The notes beneath the pieces were generated by a model. That model searched no databases. It had not been told where the DNA came from and worked only from the letters and a program-made list of their open reading frames with translations. A program made the position numbers and the translations under genes. Positions 48,478 through 58,625 of a stretch of DNA of 64,000 nt are shown here, in pieces. Source of the DNA: Selaginella moellendorffii (lineage: Eukaryota > Plantae > Lycopodiophyta); NCBI RefSeq assembly GCF_000143415.4, contig NW_003314261.1, positions 5,606,360 to 5,670,359 of the forward strand. The letters run 5' to 3'. The number at the start of each line of letters is the position of its first letter. The stretch's first letter is position 1.

Positions 48478-51460
48478 GTGGTTTTGACCCTTTATCCTAT
48501 GGTGATTGACCATAGGATAATACCTAAACCCTCTTTGTGCCACGTGACAGATGCCATGTGTCCAAAGGACAGTGGTGTGGAACTTGAGTTTTAGGGCTTT
48601 GGGCCACTGAACAAAGGAACGGTGCTAAACTCCCAAGCATGGTGTCAGGGAGTGACGGAACCGAACCATGGAGCAACTCTTGAGTATATAACCCAAGGAG
48701 CGAAGGGACAAGGGCACGTAACCAGCATCCCAATGCTAGGTCTAGCACGCAAAACAGAGCCAAATGGAGTCTGGCACTATTTCAACATACTGGTGGCCTA
48801 AGGCAAGGATATGGGTATTCCACCAGCTAGCATGGAATGGAACTTGGGCTTAGACCCAAGCCGGACGTAGAATATAGACAGGCACCCAAGTAAGAGCTAG
48901 ATTGTGCCTCAGATTGGTCAATCATGCCCGACCTACCCACTATCCCTATTATACATTTGGACCCCCCCCCCCCCCCCCCCACCTTGAGGAACACACACTT
49001 TGGGCTTTCACCCCAAGCCTCCCTTAGTATCAGGAGTTAGTCTCTGGGACAAGCTTGAAACTTATTAAATATGGAATGGCGCTAGAACGCGAATTTGGAC
49101 AAAGGACAAACACCATTGTGTTCAGGCCAATCTCTACATTCCGTAGATATGCCAAATGAGCAAATCTAGACACTTTCCATAAATAGTATTTAGGACCGGA
49201 AGGAGACTAACACAAAGGGCATGATAGCAAAGGTGTTTGGCAGACACGGTAAGCTATCATCTAGCGATATTAAGGGATCAATCTCAATATCAAGGGGGTT
49301 CTTGATACTAGCAAGTGCAAGCCAATGATAGGAGTTTCTCAAACCGGGCCGAGTATGCTCAGCAAGAAATACATAAGAGTTCCTACCTTATGTTTATTCG
49401 ATTTAAGTACATAGTCATTGACCAGTTTCTCAACTAGCTCAAGTGGGAACTAATAATGGGTCTAGCAATACCAACCTCCTGCCGTCGTGGTAGTAAAAAA
49501 AAAATATCCGAAAGAACTAGCCGACAGGTAACTTTTGATACCTAAAGTCACATTCGCGACAGTCTCCTAGGGAAGATCGACGTCCTCATCAATGCATACT
49601 CGAGTCTAGAATACTGCCAAGGAAACAACTCCAGAAAAAGTTCACAATATTCATACTATATGAGAAATGCACCGACTTAAATGAGTTAGGGGGTAACCTC
49701 TTTGTCTAACGCAGATGCACTACCAACTCAGACACCTTTCGGCCGTCGTCGACAAGGAAATGACCAACGGAGTCAGCCACCCTTGCTGCTTTGGGTGTCA
49801 CCCAACTACAAAAGTGTGATACGCCCCTGCCCGCAGGTGGCATAGAGAGAGAAGCTAGAGGCCCCAACCCTCTTGAGCAAAGAAACCAAACCCATCGGTA
49901 AGGTTTAGATAGACTACTGTAAACAGGCAGTCAGAGTTCTTTACATGGTCATGCCCTTTCAACGGAATAAAGAACATCGACAAAGAGGCGGGTTATGTGA
50001 CCAGTCGACAGTAGCTACCCCATGACTAGAGATTTCACCATGCACATGAAGTGCCGAAGCCAGTCTGCCTAGACTGGCCCAAAGTCAAAGATCAATATAT
50101 ATGGACGATATCAAAGTCATAAACAATGATATCTTAGAGATTTAATTATCAGTGAATAGAACACAAAAGTATTCCAAGTAAATTATCATCCGATAAACAA
50201 GTATTATAGTATAGGAACCACCAAGATCACTATCATTGAAAAACATAGGATTCATCATCCAACAAAGTTCAATAGCTAGTATATCATTAAGTAAACTCAA
50301 TGATGAAATTTAACTACCGAAAATGGTAGATAGCATGCCAAACAACTCACAAAACACAACTTAAAGAACACAAAGTATCATTAACTAACAAGCACAATGC
50401 TCACGAATGTATCACCCGAAGGAAATAACATCATAATTTATGAGAACTAACTCGAGCAACAATCAACAAAACAAAATGAATGTTGCAAAGCAAATAAACA
50501 CTTAGTCATGTCAACCATCACATTAGCTAATTTGAATAGATCCCGGTCAACAATACGAAGGAACTCAAGTTGCCTTATCAAGCGTTAGCAACATCCTGCT
50601 AATGTCTCAAACTCAATAGACCAATCCAGAGCAAACCACAAAGAACATGTGGTATTGTGAAAAGCCATATGCCATCAAAGAAAATAACTAACCATCATGA
50701 AAGATCATCAATCATCCTATCAATAGAGAAATGCATAATCGTCATCGAAGAAAGAATCCACCATCCCGAAGAATGACAAATCATTCTAGATCAACGATAA
50801 TCAAGCAAAACCTTTGACAAGGATAATTAACTATCCTAGATGATAGTCAATCATCACTAATGATTATTAGATGCAAAAGCTAACTTCAACATCGAAGCTA
50901 ATGAGCCAAAATGCCTTCCCCAACAACTTCAAACAAATGGAACAATGAGTATAAAAACTCAAGGAACCGAAAGTTCAAAGAAATCTATAGCCAAGTGTTA
51001 TTTAACAATGATCACGAGTCTCGCATGAACTAATTTCAATGCTAAAAAAGAATTCATGGTACAACCCACAATATTCTCCTCAACACATCCATAAGTTAAA
51101 CTTCATAATGCAAAGCTAATGAAGAGCATATCTGCATCAACCCAAAAGCTAAGCACAATAAAGTTATGCTCAACAAGTGATTATCAAATCGATCCTCCAT
51201 GAATCCATCTTTAGTAAGATGTAACTCACTTTATAACAAGCTGTGAGACACAAAATCCCTAGGCCCCAAAGTGGAGCCGAAAGGGTGCCACGTGGTAGTG
51301 GCCGAAGTGAAAGCCAACGAGCGTAACACGATTGGATTGAAAGCTCCGACTTGAAAGGTTGAGAGCGGGAGTGGAACTCCCAACAAAGTGCTCGAGGAAC
51401 AAGCACGAAGCGAGCAATAAGCGAGGCTCCAAAAAAGGACCCAAGTTGAAGTCCGAGGTG
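48478..51460 (-). mobile_element. Ty3/gypsy element A: 3' LTR (about 48478-48970), poly-G PPT and long 3' non-coding region; related to element B
   Basis: Starts TGTAGTGCAC (compare TGTAGCGCAC at 63847). 48760-49290 aligns with 53175-53568 and 49290-50080 with 57743-58540. Interrupted at 51461. Confidence 0.72.
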
Positions 51461-53056
51461 TGTTAGGAATCCCCCAATTCATACCACATTCTTGAATCTC
51501 ACTGGATTCCTGACCTGCAGACCACATTCCTGATTCTCGAGACACTTCCCTATTCCTGACTCTCGAGACTCTTCCCTATTCCTGACTCTCTGATTTCCCG
51601 TACGATTCTTGAGTCTTGAGCCACATTCCTGATGATGATGTGGCGCCTCCTCGACCTCAGCTATATTTAGGCCGTCCTCAATCCAAGAGTGGTGGAGCTT
51701 CATCAACCTATAGTATATATAGGTTAGCTTTATTCCATTTCTCCACAATCTAAATCAACACCAGTCTAAGGCATCTTCTTTGTTTCCACTAGCTTTTCTC
51801 TTTGTCTTTTGCATTTTCCAGTCTTGATCTTGTTGGGGGTCTTGACAATTTGATTCAGATTGTGTTTTTTCAATTTTTTTTCATTTAGCTTGTTTTGATT
51901 GTTTGACTGCCTTTGCCTTTTTTCTTTCTTTCTGCCGATGGAGTCTCAAGCCATCCTGATTTCTTTGCCGAAGTCCTTGCAAAAATCCAATCTGAGAATA
52001 CCGAGCTGAAGGCGACCCTTCTTCGCATGCAGCAAGAGCTTGCTTCACTTTCAGCTCAAGGATCCAGCAAAGTTCCTGAACCGAAGGTGAGTTTCCCGGC
52101 GAAATTTTTAGGCAAGCGTTCGGAGCTTCACGGATTCCTGAACCAGATGGAGCTAATCTTCGCATTTCAACATCGGCGGTACCCCACTCCCGAGTCTCAA
52201 ATCGGCGCGATTGGGACATTGCTTGAAGGTGCAGCTTTGTCATGGTTTTCTCCTCTTTTGGAGAAGAGCATGAAAGGGGTCATGGTTCTGGAGCTGATGG
52301 ATCTTCAATTGTTCAAAAAGAAGCTTGAAGCATGTTTTGGCGAAATGGATCAGGTTTGGGCTGCTACCACAAAGATGAGACATCTCTCTCAGGGGTCTCG
52401 TCCTACCTCAATCTATGCTGCAGAGTTCCAACTCCTTGCCTTGGACACTCAGTGGGATGAGCGGGCCCTGATTAACCAATTTCGTTTCAGCCTCAACAAC
52501 GGTGTCAAGGATTTGTTGCTCACCATGGAAGATCCTAAGGACCTATCGGATGCCATCAACAAAGCTGTTCAATGTGATTGTCTCTTTGAGCATCGTCAGG
52601 AAAGTCGCTGTGCCACTGTTTTTCCGTCCAAGACTCAAGAATCCCAGCTTGAGTCTTCGGGGCATACTCCTGAACCTACTGCTCCGGTCCCGATGGATAT
52701 TTCTGGTACTCCCCGACTCATCAAAGGGAAGTTGAGTCCTGCTGAGAAGCAACGTCGAATATCTCATAATCTTTGCCTCTATTGTGCTGATCCTAATCAC
52801 AAAGTAGCTATGTGTCCCAAGAAGCCTCCCCGACTACTCGAGTTCACTCTGCCTCAAAATCCACCTTTGTTGCAGTCGGGAAACGACCCTGTCCAAACAG
52901 AGTAGGAGCTGTCTATTTGGACTCCCCATATAAAAATCACTTTTCTTCTTTATTAAGCTCCTCACCACCTTTCATCAAAGCCACCACCAATTCCCGCAAC
53001 TTTCGCGTCCCATGTCTCCTTTCTTTCATCGGACAATTAGGACTCAAGGCTCTGGC
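51461..53056 (+). mobile_element. Ty3/gypsy element C (Tf1/sushi-type, Tcn1-like): 5' LTR 51461-51847, self-priming PBS, gag, start of pol
   Basis: LTR TGTTAGGAATCCCCCAA..TTGGGGGTCTTGACA with inverted ends; no tRNA-type PBS; gag ORF follows; cut by element B at 53057. Confidence 0.85.
51913..52905 (+). CDS. gag: Retrotransposon Gag (sushi/PEG10-like capsid plus CCHC knuckle); start codon not resolved
   Basis: PEPKVSFPAKFLGKRSELHGFLNQM..LLEGAALSWF..LSQGSRPTSIYAAEF..PMDI..CLYCADPNHKVAMCP. Confidence 0.88.
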   Translation: MPFFFLSADGVSSHPDFFAEVLAKIQSENTELKATLLRMQQELASLSAQGSSKVPEPKVSFPAKFLGKRSELHGFLNQMELIFAFQHRRYPTPESQIGAIGTLLEGAALSWFSPLLEKSMKGVMVLELMDLQLFKKKLEACFGEMDQVWAATTKMRHLSQGSRPTSIYAAEFQLLALDTQWDERALINQFRFSLNNGVKDLLLTMEDPKDLSDAINKAVQCDCLFEHRQESRCATVFPSKTQESQLESSGHTPEPTAPVPMDISGTPRLIKGKLSPAEKQRRISHNLCLYCADPNHKVAMCPKKPPRLLEFTLPQNPPLLQSGNDPVQTE

Positions 53057-55190
53057 TATAGTGCACCTGAATTTGGAGCCAAACTCCAAGCCTGTTGCAC
53101 TACAAACGAGGGTCTGGTACAATCCCACGAGCACTAGCTCCCTGTATCCAGCATCTGCATGCAAAATGGTGTCAGACGGAGTCTGGCACAATTTTGGCAT
53201 ACTGGTGGCCTAATGCGAGGAGGAGGGTACTCCACCGACTAGAGTAGCATGGAGCTTGGGCTTAGACCCAAGCCAGACGCAGAACAAGGAGCGACACAGC
53301 CTAGTGGGAGCCAAACTAATGTCTCAGGTGGTCGGACATGCATTCCAACCACTATCCCTACTATACATTTGGAACCCCCCACAGCCCCCCCCCTCTTGAG
53401 GGACACACGCTTTGGGCTTTCACCCCAAGCCTCCCTTAGTACCAAGTTAGTCTCTGGGACAAGTCTGAAACTTACTAAATATGGGACCGAAATGAGACCA
53501 ACACTAAGGGCATGATAGCGAGGGTGTTTGGCAGACACGGTAAGCTATCATCCGGCGATATTGAGGGAAAGCTCTATTTCGTTAAAGTGGGATTTATTCA
53601 GTAAAATAGGACTAGGTACAAATTTTCAAGTATTTGAAAATGACGTGAAATTATATGTTTTTTGTCCAGGGGCTAGACATATCTGGGGCATGGTGACTAG
53701 CGCGGTGACTTTGTGTCCAGACTGAGTCCATCTGGTTGTATAATAAATCTCATTGTCAAGGTGAACAAGCCGAATCTGAAGCTAAAGAAGAGCGATGGCA
53801 TGCGCGCACACACTATTTGTTTGTTCATTGAGCGTGTGGTGAGCTTTCCAAGATGAACGTCATTCCTATTAGCCAGATATATAACTTAATGGTAAGAACA
53901 TTTAGATATTATTCAATGTTATCTTTTTCTAACGAATCTAATTGTGAAGGTGTAGCAAGAGGCATTGCTAGTCTGGAGAAGTCATTTAACTCATTTGACC
54001 CTTAGTGTATTTTCATGAAACTAAATAACATTCATATTATTAAGGAATTTCTCTAGTACCTTTTTTTTACGACATAGAGGCTTGCATTTCTTTCAAAGGT
54101 GATTTAGTAAAAGGCCTGAGGGCACATGCCATTCTATTTCTCAGACCGGTATTAAGATATACTAGTGCAAAGGGAAAAAGGTATTTGGTGATCAAGTAAA
54201 TGGCATGAGGGCACACGCCATTATAAGCCTAAGCGCTAGTGGACACCTCCTTTTTGGTACTCTCAACAGTACTATCATCCTTCTTTGGGTCAGTTGTTTT
54301 GCTTTGGATTGTTGTCTCTGACGTTACTGGGGCGTTCTCGATAGTTGTTAATGTTGCCGTTTGTTTAGAAAAATGATCACCTGGAGTATAGTACGGGGAG
54401 TTTGGAAGACTTATATATTCTACATCTTCACCTATCTCCTTCTCCGTCTCCTTTTCTGCCTCACTTACAGATTTTGTGCTTACGCTCTTCACCCTAAAAT
54501 ATGGAGTTCGTTGTGTTATAAAAGGAAACCAACACACACGCTGCAAGGGAATGATGGTACATAAAGCACGTAAGCCCACAATATGGGTTTATGTGCCATT
54601 AATATGGGCCACACGCCATATTATTAGATTTATGCACGTGTGATTGGTAAATGCATATGTCACATCATCTTTGTTTTACCTCACACACTATATCAGGCCT
54701 AATGAACCATATCACATGTGCGCACATGCTATATATATGGAGAAGTATTATGCAAGGATAGAAAAATTCAATGCATGATTGTGGAGAGCAATGGCATGAA
54801 GCCACATGCTAAATAACATTTTAGAGAAAGAATTAAAATAGAAACATGCAAACAGTACTGAGTGGACCAAGACTTAGAAGTGCACAATTGAATGAGGTAT
54901 TTCTAATAAATATTTCACTCACCTCATATAGGAATGGCTACCACTCTCAAATGGCATATCGCCTCATGCCATCACCTCGCAATTTGTTATAACAATCCGA
55001 TGAATTCATATTCGGCTTGTTCACCTTGAACTTTAAGTAAGATTTGCTAGAACAACTAAGAATTTATACTTGTTATTTGTATCATCTCACCTAGGAATGG
55101 CGTAAGGCCACATGCCATCACACCTCCTCTGATTCAGATTCGGATTGTTCACCTTGAAATAAAATACATTAGAAACTTAGTAAAGGAATA

Positions 55191-55952
55191 TTAATGAATC
55201 TCACCTTGAACCCGGGTTATGAATGCTCTTGCTGCATCTCTTGCATGGTCTGGCAAGGTGATGGTGGCACTTTGCTTCCGCATCCAACCATGCACAACAT
55301 TATCCACCGATATGCTTATGCTGGGATCCCTTGGATTCAGCACCCATCTCTTTTCTAGGCAATCCTTCGTATATCCGGAACTTGGCTTGAACCACTCCAC
55401 AGTTACATTGAAGGAGTTAGTTTCCGCATCCTCCTCTGCATCAGTGATGCAGCGCCCCACCCATATCATTTGTTTTTTATTACTGGGTCTGACAAGCACG
55501 ACCATTCCTTTGCAGACCTGTACTGGATTGAATGCTGAATCCGGCTTCTTGTTCCTCGGCCCACAATAGTGATCCTCAACATCGTTATCTGTCACTGCAT
55601 TTCCAGAGGACATTGTTCCGCTACTATCTGGTGCTCTGGGTTCTGGCCAAAAGGACTCTTCCAATTCTTCATATACAACCGGCCCATTTTGGATAGCAGA
55701 TATAATCTTCTCCCAGTATTCGAGCAAAGGCTTGCACCTCTGAAAATAGGATTCTCCACCAAACACCAACCCCCTCTTCCAGAAGGCAATATGCTGTCTA
55801 ATCCCGGCCACTATACTTTCCTGGTCTTTGAGTCCATCCGGGTGCATCGGCCGTGGGGAACCCTGAGGAATCATAGGTTCCCCAGTTATGGGATCTCTCT
55901 TGAAGAGTTCAATGCCGTCCACTGGCAGCCACACTGTGTCCCATTCTCTCAT
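55191..55952 (-). pseudogene. Probable C-terminal fragment of a Sola-like transposase
   Basis: WLPVDGIELFK..P.G.P..HIAFWK..YWE..FWP..YCGPRN..FNP..VLVRP..WVGR resembles C-termini of bryophyte Sola-like transposases as recalled; no DDD core visible. Confidence 0.5.
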
Positions 55953-56411
55953 CCAACTGACAGTGACGTATCCAACTCATCCAACGTATCCAACTGACGG
56001 TGACCAGGTGCCATTGGACCCGCATGAGGCCACCCCAGCCGCCGAGCCGGTCGTATCCTCATTTCCAACAGACTCAACGTATGCCCAATCGTCTGATTAC
56101 GTGCCATTGGAACCTCCCTACACCCCCCCTGCTGCCTATTCGGTCATGTCCACTTTGCCAACGGAGGCACCAGTTGAAATGGCGTGTGATCACACGCCAT
56201 CGGAACCACCCCATGCCACTGTTGAGCTAGTTGTACCAGAGTCTACAGCTGAAATGGCATGTGCCCACACGCCATCGGATGCAATTGACCCCACATTGTA
56301 GAGGAGAGTATTTCCGCCCTTCACATTTCCTCGACCAAAACCCTCTCAACGACCATCGGGAGCACCATTCGCTAATATTGTAGATGGTAAAATTGACTTG
56401 TACCATTTTTT

Positions 56412-57296
56412 ATGCTGATGCATTTCATTTCAGAGTCACGGCGAAGGTACTGTATCGTTTTTGATCTAAACGGTGTCCTTTTCTCCCATGAGCGTGGCTC
56501 GTCCTCGAATGTCACTACACCATCCAAAGCCTGCGGTCGCAAGTTGGTCAAAAGAGACAGATTCACATTAATCACATGGGAGAAACTACGGGATCTAATA
56601 ATGACCATGCGACACTTAAAACAGAGGGCCGGGTTCAATTTGCAATTGGGAGTTTGGATATCTATGATGCGCCACAATGCATTAACGTTGCTACAGATGA
56701 TGCACGATCAGACGCGAGTAATATTACCATTTGACTTTCTCCTAACGTAGGAGGATTGCTTGACTATGGTCCATGTGAGGGGTAGCAAGCCCATCTTCGT
56801 CAAGCCAGAGGCTGTAGTGATGAACCGGACTGCTAGGTCAAGTGAAATCCTCATCATCGATGACTCGCCGACTAAAACTGCAGCGAACACGCACACATAT
56901 GCAGTGCACCCCATCTCTTGCAGTATGGAAACTAGGGAGAAGAAACTATATGTTTTGGGGGACCTTGCAAAACGGCTTGGAGCGATGGTGATAGAGAACC
57001 GGCTAGTCCAGGAGGTGGCTGCAGAAATCAACCAAATGGCAGATGGAACGGTATATCAGAAGCCATTTGATCGGACAGACACCAGTCATCATTTATGGCA
57101 TGTATATTGTCTAGCCAAGCACTATCCACATCTCCATAATCTGCTCAACCGGATGGGTTCTTCGACCACTGAACATGAGCGTGGACGTATTAGAGAAGAG
57201 ATGGCATTACTATTGGGTTTAAATCCTGATAGTGTGGAGAGTGATGAAATTCCAAGATTATTGTATAAGCGTTGGAGGGAAAAAATAACAGTCTGA
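56412..57296 (+). pseudogene. HAD-superfamily FCP1/NIF-like phosphatase domain carried inside the DNA transposon; one in-frame TAG
   Basis: Motif I IVFDLNGVL, LGVWISMM, motif IV ILIIDDSPTK; two same-frame ORFs separated by TAG at 56748-56750. Confidence 0.65.
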
Positions 57297-58625
57297 GATG
57301 GCATGTATTTATTTAAAAATGTAACTTATTATGGCATGGGGTTCCATGCCATTGTATTAATATTAAAAGACAATTCTTTGAGAGGATTTGCATTATACTA
57401 AAAGTGTTACAGCATGTTATTGGAAGTCTACGAAGTTGTTTTATTAATAAAGGGAAAGTAAAGATTGAATGGGGACTTGGGCTCCACCTAGACTTGGAGC
57501 AACTGAGCCAATATTAAAAGGATGGAAAGAAATTGGATGACGATGACAAGGAGAAGAGAGAGGTGAAGCAGTGGCAGGGGGAGGAGAAATGATTGAGTAG
57601 ACATTTCCTTGTTTAAAATAAAATGGCATGTGCCTCAATGCAGTTGAATTTTGTTATATTTATATACTATATAAAGGTTTGGAAACCTTATTTTACAAGT
57701 GGGATAATGACAATTCCCACTTTAACGAAATAGAGCTTGGGACTAATCTCAATACGCGAGGGTTCTTGTCACTAGCCAGTGCAAGACATAACGAGACGGG
57801 AACTCCTTACTGGGCTAAGTATGCTTAATTAATAGCACATAGGAATTCCGTCCTTATGCTCGTCTGGTCTAAGTACACTCGAAATGCTTAGTTAACTCCA
57901 CTAGCACAAGAGGGGCTACTAAAGGGATCCAACTGTACCGATCTCTTGCCGTCATGGCAGTAAGGAAAGAGTGTCTGTAAGGACTGGTCGATAAATATCT
58001 TTCGATACCTGAAGTCACATTCGCGACACCCTCCCCCCCTTGGGGAAGATCGACGTCCTCGTTGATGCATACCCGAGTCTAGCAAACCGTCAAGGAAACA
58101 ACTCCGAAAGTTAACAAAAAGCACACTATGTGGGAAACACACCGACTTAAATGAGTTATGGAACGACCTCTTCCTCTACGTCCAAAGACGTTAAGACTCA
58201 GACACCCTCCAGCCATCACCGACAAGGAAATGACTAACAAAGTTAGCCACCCTTGTTGCTCGGCTTACAAAGGAATGATATATCCCTGCCCGCAGGAGCA
58301 TAGGGAGAAGGCCAGAGGCCCAACTGCCCCTGAGCAAGAAATCAACCCCGTCGGGAAAATTTAGACAACTATTATAAACTGGCAGATTAAGTTGTTTACA
58401 CGACCACGCCCCTTTTCAAAAATGAGTCATCGAGAGAGAGGCGGGGACTTGTGATCAGTCTATAATAGGTATCCCCATGGTTATGGATTGGACCCATGCA
58501 CCAAAATGCCGAAGTCAGCCTGCCAAAACTGACCCAAGTACTATCGAATGAAAATGACACTTTAATTTATAAAAATATATGTGTTTTATTGATTTGCAAG
58601 ATTTATTACAAGATTTTTACAAAAG

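Larger units (their letters stand above)
53569..57738. mobile_element. TIR DNA transposon, internally deleted, 24-bp TIRs, 4-bp TSD (GGGA); Sola-like (tentative)
   Basis: Perfect TIRs AAGCTCTATTTCGTTAAAGTGGGA at 53569-53592 and 57715-57738; GGGA on both flanks; the homologous site in element A is empty. Confidence 0.9.

Noticed and set aside
53362-53380. TACA-TTTGG as LTR end plus PBS on the + strand
   Set aside because: No tRNA complementarity after TGG. The adjacent C-tract is the minus-strand PPT, which places the LTR boundary at 53383.
53795-57644. CRISPR-like array from the repeated palindromes
   Set aside because: Irregular spacing, degenerate copies, eukaryotic TE context and no cas genes.
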